Shown here one piece after another: positions 24,301 through 37,495 of a DNA stretch of 64,000 nt. This DNA is from Mizuhopecten yessoensis. Its lineage: Eukaryota. The position numbers and the translations under genes were made by a program. Each line of letters opens with the position of its first letter. Position 1 is the first letter of the stretch. Under the pieces are notes generated by a model. The model ran no database searches. It was not told the DNA's origin and saw only the letters and a list, made by a program, of their open reading frames with translations. The stretch lies in the NCBI RefSeq assembly GCF_002113885.1, contig NW_018479965.1, forward strand, positions 1-64,000. Direction: 5' to 3'.

Positions 24301-25412
24301 ACGCACATTTGTCAAATCTTTGCTAATTTGCCTGATAAGATTTCAACGGAAGTTTATATTATATATATGTCTTTTTAAACTTTCTCCATGTATCTGTATT
24401 TTAATGCTTTCCTTATTGGATAACTGATGGACTACTTTTGGAGTAATAATATCTTAAATAGAAATATTTGTCTCAATAAGCATGTACCAGTAACATAACA
24501 TATAGAAACGGAGGTCCAATTTAGGTCAGATACACATACTTATGGCCTCGGCCACGAGGACTTTACGGTATGTGAGCTAGGTCAGATACACATACTTATG
24601 GCCTCGGCCACGAGGATTTTACGGTATGTGAGCTGTAGCCTGTCCAAGTTCAATGAACATCAAGGTGGATGTAAATAACGTAAATAACGTAAATAATATA
24701 CATAGTCACATACTTCAAAAGCTTCTTTCAATACATAACAGGCACAAAGAAGTTTCTGTTTGGAGATGCAGTGTCCCAGTATGACTGTGCCGTATTTGGT
24801 ATGATGGCAGCTATGTTCTATGAACCATTTGGTGGAATAGCTAGAGGCGTCATTACTGGTAATTGTTTCGATAAAAATATAAATCACCTGATAAAGCTAT
24901 CTGTAATTTTCGGATAAAAATATTAAAGTAAAAGGGGGACGATCACATGTTTTCTTTTTAAGTTTTGCGTAAACATATCTACTAATTTATATCAATGCTC
25001 TTAATGTACATATATTGAATAATGAATTAATTCATTAGTGTTCCATATTTGAAAATGGGAAATATCAGTTGTATTTCAAAATACATTTTCATATCAGTTG
25101 GCAATTGTGAGCTTCCAACATAATTGTGAGGGGATAGAAGTGTTCTGTACCCTTTTCTTTGGGAACATTGTAGAGACTAAATGAAGATATGTAGCAAACT
25201 TTCAATAGTTTCAATTTTATATCTTCATTTCAACTTTGTCGGTCACTCGTATTCTCGCTCCCTCTTGATTGGATAAATCATACAACCTTTGTTATACTTT
25301 TTACTCAGATTTTCCCGTTGTGCGTGGCTACTGTGATCGCATGAAGGCGGAGTTCTGGCCGGATTGGGAAGAATGTACGACCGGCGGAGGAACCAGGCAG
25401 GCCACCAAATAG
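15323..25412 (+). CDS. FAXC: Failed axon connections homologue (metaxin/GST-like), 299 aa, 6 exons
   Basis: Exons 15323-15483, 15807-15930, 16589-16785, 23600-23796, 24742-24858, 25309-25412 (900 nt, GT-AG, phases consistent). Motifs PSLTPFAIKLETYLRVANIPY, SSKGKFPWISYNG..IADS, GMGRHT.DEV, KKFLFGD...DCAVFG, YCDRMK.EFWPDW; N-terminal hydrophobic anchor. Confidence 0.9.
17786..18793 (-). CDS. DIRS tyrosine recombinase; frame open from a splice acceptor at 18793 with no 5' ATG
   Basis: Motifs AYAGFFRVSEL, KQSKTD, HSLRSGGAS, RHGRW and DGY. The frame extends 47 codons upstream of the track's TTG start to ttttcgcag|GCA. Confidence 0.9.
   Translation of the reverse strand, partial: AFEHEIAELPGALAGHVSLLPGLLIDSKANNTTRAYYQGFSRWKKWALSKGLEVKDCLPAKAIHVALYLACLVQQSSSPSPIVQAFYSIKWAHSIFGGNSPTDSALVKNILEGAKRRLSGPKDRKEPITPELLELMYTANFSDSNLYSQRTICSCLIAYAGFFRVSELLNVRMCDIELAESHMTIFIKQSKTDIYRDGNLVVLARTYSKLCPVSNFVIYIKLAGIQVGSDSYLFRSLTKTNMGFVLRSDNRPLSYTRMRELFIEVFSPFVSDISKYGMHSLRSGGASSCANRSANLAIGYRLFKRHGRWRSENAKDGYVNDSLEERLSVSKNLGI
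18906..19015 (-). other. Array of four tandem stem-loops with a constant linker in the DIRS pol-YR spacer
   Basis: Four 8-9-bp stems with compensatory changes, each separated by aggac (GUCCU on the element's sense strand). Confidence 0.8.
19046..21349 (-). CDS. DIRS pol: reverse transcriptase, RNase H and Dam-like methyltransferase domain
   Basis: 767-aa open frame with KKRLILDLR, FDIHSAYHHI, PFGLSSA, YLDDG; FSDAS, STWREL, WYTDNQ, NEQAD; and the C-terminal IDWFSS..N.KL..YFSR...DAF..W...PP. Confidence 0.95.
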   Translation of the reverse strand: MRGKSTGRRIGPSRKRRENNNSTIVNKVSTSLRVLVLVFLVFSCPFVCPKVRSHGSTRGPHPRPGQHTHTLTHNEGGRLEADVLAVDHSHTGETSVQAKPSPVVQAEKSDFVKDEYFLTDDFYEYEQGQADIKVKGRLKGRISFWESIGCSNFILDTIRNGYKIPFYSTPCSVWLKNNQSALKHESFVEKAILDLVARSLVVECSEMPYVTNPLTVSVQASGKKRLILDLRHVNAHLWKCSVKFEDIRVAMQFIKNDCFCFKFDIHSAYHHIEIFEPHKTFLGFSWRFGNKVRFFKFEVIPFGLSSACYLYSKITRPLVKKWRSEGKEILMYLDDGLGTHADKSACTLIACQVKHDLIQSGFVPKPEKSTWVPVRQLVFLGNFIDTVLGILKIPQIRIDKLRSCILGVKSDMAKFESVWTRKVASIVGQIVSMSYILGNVVYIMTKSLSIDIASAPSWNAGIVLSRSSIEQLYFWERSVDRINEKKFNFDYSCQKIVFSDASGTGFGGYEVDTPVGFAHGMWSDSEKEKSSTWRELSAVSSVLLSLVHVLRGKRVKWYTDNQNVVCIVNKGSMKSELQSLALSIFDTCLANGISIDIEWIPRGENEQADYISRIIDCDDWGVSKDIFVHVDSLWGPHEIDWFSSVNNRKLPVYFSRYFDTQSSGMDAFTADWQGVNGWFVPPVCLVHRVLKYMQQCGAYGTLVVPLWRSASFWPFLCPSGGGFRPEVVGMLYLPTNKDSYSLGKGNKSVLGRIDLPFKMIALRLDFG
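21021..21821 (-). CDS. DIRS gag with CCHC zinc knuckle
   Basis: 266 aa with RNKLIKIADTSDGGWETVRHY and CFSCGSFSHWRNEC; overlaps pol in another frame. Confidence 0.9.
   Translation of the reverse strand: MSDPAEGSSLPPSDGVLNSGGQISLGDILNAVKSQGDSIASINANLRREIGELKEEVKGSAGQVSAQVKRLKVEHSFKWKSESHRLQFALNTEIKEDLDQVSWALQNVKVDYACELVASVQEKLSKRNKLIKIADTSDGGWETVRHYEHNPIASNSDDEGKINRAENRALKKKKGKQQQHNRKQSVYKPASVGPGVSGVQLPFRVPQGQESWVNAWPASQAGSAHAHTYPQRRRTTGGGCFSCGSFSHWRNECPGQAKSSRAGGKE
24522..24633. repeat. 56-bp tandem duplication, each unit with a nested hairpin
   Basis: taggtcagatacacatacttatggcctcggccacgaggactttacggtatgtgagc repeated twice with one mismatch. Confidence 0.85.
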
Positions 25413-27329
25413 TCATCACTATTCTTGCGTACCTCTACCTGTAACTTTCTGACATCATATGTACGTGGAATGTAATGAGGACAATTCATCACTTACACGC
25501 TATATGCTAGTCCAAGTAAACGACATTTGACTGCATACATGTATCTCCTAAACGGCATTTATCATCACGTTTACTAAACGTCATTAGTTCACACATCGAC
25601 AAAACGTCATAGGCCAAATATCTCCCCTGCGTGGTAGAACAACATAATACATTACGTCACTAGGTACCTTTTCTCAATCAAATGACAATTAACCTCTCCT
25701 CTGTAGAGCACACATATAATGATCACAGGGCTTCATATCGCCTGCACCTTCCAGTACAAGTTTTCCTTATGACGTAGGACAAAAATGATGATCGTTGAAT
25801 TAAAACTTTCATAATTTTATTTGAAGGTGTTTTCAGGGTCTTTTTCTGAGAGGATTATTTCTGAAATACCATGTATGCTTATGAGTGGTACAAGCGTAAT
25901 GTAAATTATAAGTAAATCATATCAGGTCATTCGCTGTCGAGTTAGTTTAAGCGATTACCATATCAGTATAAATTATCTAGAACATGTTCAAGGTACAAAA
26001 GAAAGATTGCTTATCCCCTGACCTATATTGTCATTCAATTAGTTTAATCTGAATGGTATTATTGTAATACGTTATCATTTCATTAACAGAACGAAAGAAC
26101 TTCTTCTGATATTCCGCTTTTCTTTTCTTTAGTAATTTTGAATTATTGTGAAAGCTTTCTGGTCGTTAAATTGTTTTGTTTTGTATATTTGTTTTCAAAT
26201 ATTGACCTTACCCCTCGATGCTATTTGTTTATATATTTTAATTTTTTTTATTCAAAGTGCCGTTATTCTAAAATGTTGAAGGCACAGGGTAAATGACTGG
26301 TACACGTATGACTTTAACTTTTTTTGTTAATGAATTGTTTGGCTGTTGATAGCCTTTATTCGTACGTGAATGGTATATCTATTTTGTACATATGTAAATA
26401 AATAGTATGCTAAGGAAGACTATTTTGATTATGATTATTGACTTTTGTTGACCAATCCGCCTTTGTTTGGAAAATATTGTTTGTTAAAAAGACGCTTGAT
26501 CTCGTCTTTGAATGATACTTTTTTTTGTTGATGACTAATATGACTGAATTCATTTTTTGCCGATGAATTATTTGACTTTTGTTTATTATTCAGTTTAAAA
26601 TGTTACTTTGTTGCTGATTGCTAATATGAATTTGGATGACATGAGGGGTTTAGATGACTTGTACTACTTTGGATGAATTTCTCTTTTTGTTTATGACTTT
26701 ATGACAAATTTCGGTTAATAACTAGCTAATTTAGTTATGCACTTTGCCTTCAAGGTGAATAATAAGTAAAAGTTCATACGAAAGACTTTGTTTTATAAAA
26801 GAAATATTAAATGATTTTGGTGACCACGGTGTTAACATATTGCTATCTCTCTACACTGAAACTTGTATGCAATGACTTCAGTATACATACATCTCTGCAC
26901 AACAACTTAGTGTCATGTTTTTAGACATCAGACTTGCCGCATTTTTGCATTCCATGGGGAACAAATTTCCTCTATGTAACAGAGCAGTGCATTTCCATAG
27001 TTCGACCCCTATATAAACCAATCAATTAACCATGACAGACAAAACTATACTATTCGATGAGCGTATGTATTTATTATTTGTACTATTTCAGCATAGTTAT
27101 GTGTGATATCCTTGTAGCTGATTAAAGATAGTTGTTATATTCATTGCAAAAATATCAGATTTGGTGTTCGTCGTTCCTCAATCATTGAATTAGATTGCTT
27201 CAAGTCAGCAAACTGTTTGTATCGAAGTTGATATTCTTATTATAAAATAGTCTATGATTACGTCTTGAAGAAGTTCACGCGTCACGTAGGTGTCCAGACA
27301 CGGAAATTGTTGCTGCTTAAACCTTACTG

Positions 27330-30300
27330 TTAATATTCTGATTTGTGAGCCTTGACCGTGTTGTCGACATCAGGATCCAAAAATTCCTTTCCAGACAGGT
27401 CGAAGTAGTTTGTGCACTCTTTAATGGCCGAGTTGGGAACCTGTTGTAAATCAAATATTATAAAATTCCTATATTTATGTTTGCTGTATACATGTTCAAA
27501 AAGGATAAACAGAGAGTGTTGAACAGCGTTAAGAATGTAGTACATGTGTGTGAAAAACATGAAGGCAAAAGTGAATCATATTAGATGAAATGAAAAATGT
27601 TCATCTCACTTCGCATAAAAGTACGTAATTTGTAAAACTCATGCAGGAGAGTAGGATTCAGTATTGGATTGGTTTGAATGGCTGGGGGGAAACTGGGAAA
27701 ATACATCAAAGTCACTACATGATACAAATAAGTAATAATTACAATATTCAAACAGTAACTTGAAATTGTATGTGTTGCTTAATTGACACTTAAAACCTCC
27801 AGACATGCATACATAAATAGTATTATATTCCAGTCTTGTGAAAAAATTAAAGCATTCCCTAACTATTACTTGAGTTACCTCCCTGTACTCTACATCTTTC
27901 AATTGACAAGCTACCAAACAATTGTGTGTCTACACACAATATTGGAAACGGTGTACATACATGTTTATACGTAGTCTTCAAAATGTTATTTTGGTTAATA
28001 TTTTTACGGGCAATCCAATAATTTAAAACAAACGATATATATTTGTTTGAAGAAAACACAAACAAGAACACAGAATATGGTTATCAAATCATAAGTACTT
28101 AAAACAGATGCATTATATTTAACTAGAAGGATGTACCTACCTTCTCTATTGGGGTGTACTGGGGATGATGATGTGGGCGCAAGGAGTTGTTAGACTTAAG
28201 GTTGTACGAATACAGGAGAACCCATCGGCGGGTATCGCTTGTGTTTACGTCACTGGTGTGAAGCAGATTGCAACTGAAGAATATTGCGTCACCTACAACA
28301 AGCCAAATGATAGTGTCCAACACAAATATGGGAGATATTTGAGTGATGTGTAATTGATATGGATAAGAAACCAGGAACCAAAACAACGTTAATGATTGCA
28401 TTGTTTTGGTGTTGATTACCATAACATAACATTACTAATGTTATTGCAACATAAACACCGACTAGATTTCTCGAACATATCATGAGAAAATATCGAGAGT
28501 GTATATTTGAAAAAAATCAATATAATTAATCATGTTGGATTGATATTTAAAAGAAAAAATATTGATGACGACTCTCAAACACCCTTTTGGCAAAATAAAG
28601 TAAAATGTACTATACCGGGGTTCATTTCCACGTATTCCAGGGGACATTTCGCCTTGATGTCTTTTACCCTATCCAGCTCGGCCTGGTGTTGTCCTGAGTA
28701 GGGTAAATGGTCGATACGGCCACATTTGTGGGACCCTCGTAGGATCTGAATAACATTTAAAGTTTTATAAGACGGAGTCTATAGATGTGATTAAACAGAC
28801 AGCATCTCTGGATTGACTACATTCCGCAGTTAGGATATGTATTTATACTTGTACCAAAAATACACGGTTTAGGTATTTATTAGCTCAACTTCCGAATGGT
28901 TATCAAATTATAATCAAGAACTAGCTGTCGCCTTGCATAAAAAGGAGACTTGTCGTTGATAGCTAAAAACTCAAAAAGGAGTGGACTTTTTAATCTCTGG
29001 TTCTGGTCTTTTGCTCTCGTTTTATAAATTCTTAAAGAATGTTGAATTATCTCAAATATGTTTACATAAGTCACAAAATCCAAAAAAATAGGATAAAAAC
29101 AGTCGTGGTATGTAAATTGTATACTTCATATATTTGCTAATGAAAAATGGTGTAATGTTACCATACTATACCGTTACCTGTTTAAACAAATCATTGCATA
29201 AAAAGAAACCTTTATCATAAAATAATATGACGTGTTTATTAACTCTCAATCCGTGTAATAATTTGGTCTAAAGAATCTTAAACGAAGCCTTGGTGACTAA
29301 AGAAATTAGGTTGAATTGATTGGATAAAAGGATGAGTGACGTCACCTGTAGACAGCCATTAGCCTTAGTGCACTTGTCCACAGCGATAAAGGACGTCAAA
29401 AGTTGGGGGAACAAGATACTATTCTTGTACCAGTACCTACAAAAAACCGTTTATGTTAAAGAAAATATAAACTCAAAGATAATATACCCAAACGCACAGT
29501 TCTCGTGAGGGTGAATTTGTTCGGGTCATCAACGTGAGAGCGGAAATATGATCCACCGAAATAGCATGACACGCTTGAAAATTAGCCGCAAACTACACTT
29601 TCGTCATTGAATAGCGAGAATGTTGCTGTAGTGATTCATATAAAAGTTCAATGTGGTTGTTTGAAAATAAGAAAAGATAAAATAAGCAAGATATTTGCAT
29701 ATAACCGGAGTATTTATAAACTGTATTAGACTGTATTACAGTGCAGTGATACATGTCTACCTACCTGATGGTAGGTAATATAAACTGAGTGGGTGTAGTT
29801 CAAACATGTTTTAACAATTTAAACTCTATCCATTACCATCTTTATTATTATGGCGACTGCATGCGGGTTGATGTCTTCAATTGATAAGTCACAATTATGA
29901 GAGAATGGTGGGGTAATTGATCATAAGGCCACATGCAAAACTATACTTAGCAGAATGTCGTTTGATTAGTAATTGTATGAGACATATTGCATAGTTTAGT
30001 TGTTCGTATAGACACGGACCTAAATTATATCGTGAAAGGTTTTAAAATAGCGATAATTTAACTAATGTAAACTCAATTTGTAACTTTCAGTCAAAGTCGT
30101 GAAAAAAGAAGCTGGTGTAAAACAACCCCACTATGAAGCAGTATAATAATGGATGTGTATATATATAGATATTTATATATAACATTGGTATAGTATACTA
30201 GTGAACATATATTGTAAGATTACCGTGTATGTAATAATGGTATTCGGACAGTCAGTTTACACAATAGGTATATATTTTCGTAACTGATATTGATTGCAGA

Positions 30301-33053
30301 ATAAATAGTTATTTAGAATAATGTTAAAAAACACCATCTCTATGTAAGGATAGTTGACCTACCCGTAGTCCTGGTGCCACAGTAATCCCCCTCCTGTTCG
30401 GGCATCCTTTTGTACAAACTTAGCGTGATAATGGTAAACCTCTCCCCCTAATAACTATAAAACAATTCAGCAATTAAACTAAAATTAACTACAACATGTG
30501 CCAATAGTACGTTGTATAGATTATTTTACAATATTAACTTTTTAACAATACTTATCACAGAAAAAGGTCTACCCACCTTTTCACTTGTATTTACTACTTT
30601 TTCACTTCTAGCTACCATCCCAGTGACGTCATTTCCGGGATGGCCCCATATGACAAATTTGGGCTCTTTTCCGGTTCCATCGGGTAGCTTTAACACAAAA
30701 CATCACATCAAAGACTCAATGAAATAGTTTTAGATAACTCCATTGCAAAGCTAAAGAAACCAAAATAATGACTGACTCTCTAAACATAGGATGAAATTAA
30801 TGTATACTGAAGAATATACGTTCCAACGCAATACTTCAAAACGAGAGAACTGCTGGTTTTACACATATTCAGAAGAATTCCCCATTAATTCATGACGAAA
30901 AAGCAATATTGGACCCGCATTTGGTATTTTTAAACAATTGGTATGACTTCCGTTCAAAACTTGAGGAAAGGCAATTAGAAAACCACCTTTATATTTGGCA
31001 AACGTTCTGCTCTTTGATTCTTATATAAATTGAGGTGAAAAGTTGATATCATAAATTTGTTGCTGAGACGTCTCAACAATAGCAGCGTTGCAACGTTTTT
31101 CCGTTTTTATATAAAATGTTTGCTTCAATGTTATTTATTCATTAAAATGGGGTTTAAGGCAAACACATGTTTGCGTGGTCCCTCTGTTCAAACTGTTGCT
31201 CCGGCTGTGTCATCAGCAACAGTCTGACATTCTGGGCTGTTGCCCATAAACAGTCAGCAACAGTAGGATTAATGTTACCTAGTTGTTAAACGTGATTAAC
31301 AATTCAGTAGATATTTACCCCATAGCCATATTTGCTCCTCATTTCGGACTCTTCCAATACTTTGGTCACTTTGGTCGTTTCCTCTTTGTCCAGGAATCCA
31401 CTAACAATATATAATAATAAGACAAAATTGATTGATATGCCAAGGACCAAATCATCCCTAATGTTGACAAGAAAAAAACAATCAAGGGAACTTAGAAGAC
31501 AAGACATAACCATATCAATGATAATAAAGGTTGCTTTCTGTCGTTTGTCTTTTATGATCGGGGGAACACAGCAGTGGATAACAGAGTTGATATGAGCAAA
31601 TATTAGCCGATTGTGTGTGCATGCATTATCACATAATGTTTTCAAACATACTTATGTATCATTTTGTATTTCTACCCTCTTAGTGGTGTATGTATTACAA
31701 TTAAGAGATGACAAATATTCACTATCGACATGCTCGTTTGGCATGTGTTTGTGTTATTCAAAATACAGATGGATATTATTGATTTATTCAAACAGAGACA
31801 TTATAAAAAATGGTAAGTTTGTTGGAAAGTGTCGACGGACATTGTCCTTTTAACCCGAATCGACATGATCATTTACATTGACTACCCCCTCAATGTTAAA
31901 TTGTTTGTTTATCCGTACGACATTGATGGTTACTTGTTTATTGTGAACAACCTTGACACTTCATCTTTGGAGCTTATCAATACTACATTGACAGTTAAGT
32001 GTATGTAGTGAACAGCCTTGACACTTCATCTATGGAGTTTATCAATACTACATTGACAGTTACGTGTATGTAGTGAACGACCTTGACACTTCATCTATGG
32101 AGTTTATCAATACCACATTGACAGTTACGTGTATTTAGTGAGAACCCTGACACATGAGGTATTGAGATATGTATACTACAGTAATTATCACTTACCGAAT
32201 CATTATGTATCCATGCTCATTATAATCCTTTAGCATTTGTTCCGTCACCTCAAAGTTGTCGGGGTTATATTGATATTCTGCAACATAAAAGGTCGGTTGA
32301 AGGTGCACCTCATCACTTATAATGAGCTATATTGACGACATAAACAATCAGCATGTATACAAAGGTCAACCCCTCTATAAAATTGCAATAGAGTAAATGC
32401 TTTATTGTATGGTAAGCATCTTGAAGCATATACATCATTTAGACAGAGGTAACTAATCTATATATGAAATATAATTAACATGTAATAGATTAACTTCATT
32501 AGAATGCTTTTACTGCAACTATTTGACCCCCCCCCCAACAGTAACACAACAGGACTCAAACAAAACCCAAAATAACAGGTGAGCTTACCAACAAATTATG
32601 ACGTAAGAATTGGTCATTTATCAAAATAATTGCAATTTTCGTCAGCGATAGTTGTATTAAGATGAATTATTGATATTACGGGTGAAATAAGCACTCATCT
32701 CTATCGATATATTGACATTTAAAAATATGTTAAAAAATTGAAAGTTTATAGATAAATAAAGGTAGAAATACAACGTAATGAATCACCTATTAAAAAGTAA
32801 TCGATACAGAAAGGCAAGCATACTACCGTGTAAATAAATTTAATTTACCATATAGCCTTTTCGTCCTTTAATGTAATTAATATCGACAGCAAAACACAAT
32901 CAATGTTTAAAGTGTTCCGCAGTTTAAATACGTAATACTGCGTTTATGTATCATCAATCCTAAATCTGAATACAGTGACAAACTATGTCAGCATTTAAAA
33001 CCCCTGGAGTGGGTGTACACACACACATACTTACCTGCGCTTGTGAGTTCCAT
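27330..33053 (-). CDS. PhyH-family Fe(II)/2-oxoglutarate dioxygenase (proline 4-hydroxylase/ectoine hydroxylase-like), 289 aa, 9 exons
   Basis: Exons 33053-33035, 32277-32196, 31400-31319, 30687-30577, 30454-30363, 29436-29346, 28745-28616, 28292-28141, 27440-27330 (870 nt). Motifs YNEHGYIMIRGFL, LLGGEVYHYHAK, WHQDYGYW, NGCLQILRGSH, PGDAIFFSCNLLHTS.N.S..RR. Confidence 0.9.
31918..32153. repeat. Intronic 65-bp minisatellite, about 3.5 copies
   Basis: ccttgacacttcatct.tggag.ttatcaatactacattgacagtta recurs at 31951, 32016 and 32081. Confidence 0.85.
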
Positions 33054-35366
33054 GGTATACCTCTTTATAGCTGACACGCCTACCTATATCAAAACATACA
33101 ATGGCATTACAAGTTGATAATTTCAGCATTGTAGCATTGTGTATGTCTTCTTCTTAATTGTTCGATACCGTGTCGAAACAATGTAAATAATTCACATGAC
33201 ACAGCCTCATGCGATGACTAAATTCACATCGTCTAAATTACTATTATTTTGGCATTAATGAATCTCCGAGATTATCAATCCATAAATTAAAAATGTATGA
33301 TATTCAAATTCACAATACCTGTTTTAAATTAGAATTATAATCCACAAAAAAGGCGTTGATTCTCGAGAGTTTTCACCTTAACCTGACCTTTATGTAGGCG
33401 CTGACCTATAAGCGTATGTTTACACAGACCTCGATGTGTACACAACCATGTTGATTACTTGATCTCTAAATAAACAGAAATATATGGAAATATCACCACG
33501 ATATTCACGGCCTCCATGAAATGTTAGATGTCGGTTAAGTAGGTGTTATATAGTCGCAGATTGTATAATTTGACCGAGCATTCTAGGTCTCCAGAATATA
33601 AAAATTATTCACGATTCGTGATTCGCACTTTTAATTGCATTAAAAGAACGTAAGACACACACATGTAAATGCACCTCTGGAATTTGGTATTAGATTCGTG
33701 TAACAAAATAGGCCCGATAATAAGACAATTAAGGATAACATGTAAGTCAGTTGGTAAAATAGAGAGCAGCACTTTGGTCAAAAGTACAATCGGGGTCAAA
33801 TCTTACGAGTTGGGAAACACCGTGCAGTGACTGACAGAGGTGCTGTTGAAATGTGGATAGTGCTACAGGGCTACCCATCAAGTGGAGAGACCAGGTCCGT
33901 CATGGATGACATAGATAACCACGAAAGTGTGAACTCTTAAAACCGGACAGAAGTAACTGTCATTGCCATATGGTTTATCTAGTATTGTTGTTTTGGTAGC
34001 TAGGGGAAAGTTAGATTAGAGGTTAGATTAAATTGTCGCACGTGCCAAATTATTGCCAAATTATATATGAACAAGAGGTGGTACGGGATCATTGATAGTT
34101 AATAAGATATGTACATATGTATTATGAGTTTTGATAAAACGGAATTACATGGGGCAATCAGAGGGAGGCTCCAAAAGACGTGTGTGAGAGAGAGAGATGC
34201 TCCAATGGACTTGAGAGAGGGAGTCTGCTCCAGTAGGGGCAAGACAATATTGTCGCAGCCACAATGCGAAGCGAATGTTAAGTCCACATATGTTGTTAGC
34301 GTGTTATGTAATATACAGTAAGCATAAAAAATTAACAACACTGCCCTGTACATTCATTTTTCTTAGATTTCATCAGTAATACTACGTAGCCAAATAAGTG
34401 TTGGACTAAAAGGAGGGAAGGTGCATAAACACTTCAATTGTATGGTTTTCAAAAGTACAGGATAATTGCTTCAGTCAAATTTAATAATGAGTTAAGGGTG
34501 TATATCATGAACCGTGCCACCTCAAAAGAGATAAATGTGACCATTGATGTTACGGCAAACTTAGGCAACTATGAAATCCACCCGCAAAGTCTACCACCTT
34601 GAAAAAAGAACACACATGTGACTGCATTTATACAAGTGTGTAATACATTACACCGCACCATACCGCTGTTCCGTCCTTTTAGGACTCATCGGTGATGATA
34701 GGGACTAAATAGTGGAAATCGAAACATATGTTGCAGGTTCCCGTTTTAGAGGCTGAAAGGTGCTATTTGAAAATTGGAGAAACGTATTGATATTCGGATC
34801 AAATATTGCAGACTACAGTAGCAATTGAGTTAGAACGTACTGAAGCAGCTCTTACCTATCTTAAGTCGAGCAGGGTACATCACCACTATCTAATTGTACC
34901 AGTTGGCATGATAACTTCAGAAACAAGTTATCAAGAACAACACGGGAATAGTATTATGTTTCTTCGACGGTCTGAGCATACAATTTATATGTCTATTGCT
35001 GCACATATGAAAAGATTATTAGTTATTCATGAGTCGCGCGTAAGTCATAAAATATAATTGTTCATTGCCAGTAATGTAATGCCCAAATAAAATATGGCCT
35101 TAACGTATACAATTGAACATGTGATTTAGATTGAGCCCGCAGATGCGCATTGCCTGCAAAACACTATACCAGTCTTAAGATTGTCATTCGACCGGTTTCG
35201 CCTAGCAGGTTCCGAATTGGTGGTTGTATGAACTATTCTCCCATCTGCAAACAAGGGAACATTGTGGGGCTTTTTACAAGCAAAAGGATTTCTTTTTTTC
35301 TAAAACATAATAGCTTATTTTTTCAATTGAACTTTTAATACAATCATTTTCCCAATTGGAGTTAGT

Positions 35367-35828
35367 ATTAAATAAATAAATATACAACATTTGATATATC
35401 GCCTTATCTAGCTAACATAAGCCACTCTAAAGCGCTTTACAGTACATAGATACACAATTAATACAAATATCATATACATTAATCATTTCAATTTTGAGGA
35501 ATTATCAGGCGCTAACAACTAGTCATATGCCACCTCGCTAATATCTCCCTATGTGTGTATGCCTGCGTGTGTGTTGAAGTTGTACTGTGTTCTGTTTGTA
35601 GTTGGACCGTGCTTCCAACGGCATCATTTATATTGCCACCTCACTTGATGCTACAGCACAGATACAACATCCACCCCAGATCAATCTATACTCCATCTGA
35701 GTTGTTGGAGTTGTGTGGGCAGGAGAAAAACACTTTCTCTGAATATCCATTCGTACGCTGACTTCGGGGATCGTATCCCGGCCGGCTGTGTGGAAGACCG
35801 GAGTGTTAATCACTCGACCAATCCGCCC
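35367..35828 (-). mobile_element. tRNA-derived SINE with an L2-like tail
   Basis: Minus-strand head gggcggattggtcgagtgattaacac...gggatacgatcccc (A/B box-like); tail tgtaaagcgc...tttatttatttaa. Confidence 0.6.
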
Positions 35829-37495
35829 ATATAAAAATGTTAATATAATATAAATAATAATATATGGTTCGTTGTAAATGTACATTTTGTAATCAACTCA
35901 ATATCAAATGGTAAAATTAATGGGTTTTTAAATTTAAAAAAATGAATGGACACATATTTCGAGTCGAGCGGATAGAGTAGGAGAGAAATGATGCATTCGT
36001 TCAGAGAAAATATATTTCCCCACCCCCATCCTTACATTGTACATATGTAAAACGCATGCCTTATACTCATGTAGGATATTTTTTTCTTACTCTGGACAGG
36101 TGTATCAATACTTTACTTTATATGAGGTCAAGAGTATAATACGGCGGTCATGTATCATTACAAAAATGATTTAATCTGCAACAACGTTGCACATATGGGG
36201 GGACTATCTGAGAAGCAGAAAAAGAGTGTTTTGATGAAGGTAATATACATTCGTATAGACAGACTCTTTTTCTGCTAATATGTATTAAATATCTAAAATG
36301 GATGCAGACACTCTACAAAACGATTTATAGTATGTAGTCGAAATCCAGCAAAGCCTCTGTACTGTCCTTAAATGTTATACCCTCGGGTACAATATCCATC
36401 ATGTTCGGTTGTAGACATGAAGGTCAGAACTGAGGCTTTGCTGAGTCTCTGACCCAAATCCAACGCCTAGGGGAAAATAAACATACCAAACATACCGATG
36501 TATGGTGTCCATTTATTGGTGTCTGGTTGGGTTAATCAAGTCCTGAATGAATTTGTCTCTGGTAGACAAGTTTCCTTTAGTCGTCATATGCCTCCTGTGG
36601 CAGCTGTTTTTGTCTACATTATTTTCTCTTGCACTGTCAAAATGGCATCTGTCTTGTCCTTTGTCAGTGTTCACAATCAAATGGAATCCGACGATAACAA
36701 GTGTTTTAGTAAAGTTGAAAATTAAAAAATAAATACAGTTACAGTGTTATGGGTTGGTGTGTTTGTCATCCCATTGTTTATGTTTAGTCGACTGGCCAAA
36801 AAATTGAAGAGGCATACCTCCCCTTTTCTTGATTAGGAATTGTTTTTTTTATTCACGTTGCTTTTGTTATTTTATCTGTTAAAAAGCAAAAATGCTAGTT
36901 ATACAAACATCGTGTTGATAGCTTTGAAATGTAATTATGTTTTAACAAAGAATACAGAACCATAACCTAGATTGTTGTATAGCTATGTTAATGTTTGATT
37001 TATGCTTTTGAACTGATGTAGCAGAACGCATTTCTTGGACATAAGTGTTTATTATTTTTTTACAGAATTAATTAAAAATGAATCCAGTATTTACTAGTTA
37101 GAATTATTTATGAATTTCAAAGTCTGTGATTGTATGACAAAGTCTATCCTTTGGTGAACTGTTGCCTGTCAACTTACCGAACATCTTTCATTTGGTTTAT
37201 GAATTGAATGTCAGTTAATACGAATGTATTGGATTCTTGACTGATTTTTTACATGTCCGTACATATTATATTTATTTATATATACTTCTATTTCTGCGCA
37301 CAAAATGCATATATACCAACACAAACGTGTTTTAAACCTCGTAAATGTTGGCCGACATTAGGTCCATTTGTGATAATGTTTTAATGTTAATTTCTATACA
37401 TGTAGTATAAAATCATAAGATAAAACTGTTTATATTTTAAATACAAATAAACATTACAAATACAAAAAGTACTCAGTTGACAAATATTTATTTTT

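Noticed and set aside
27639-27695. Possible extra or alternative last exon of the dioxygenase (FPPSHSNQ...)
   Set aside because: An acceptor-like AG exists, but exon 8 joins 27440 in frame with a family-like C-terminus, and nothing else supports this exon.
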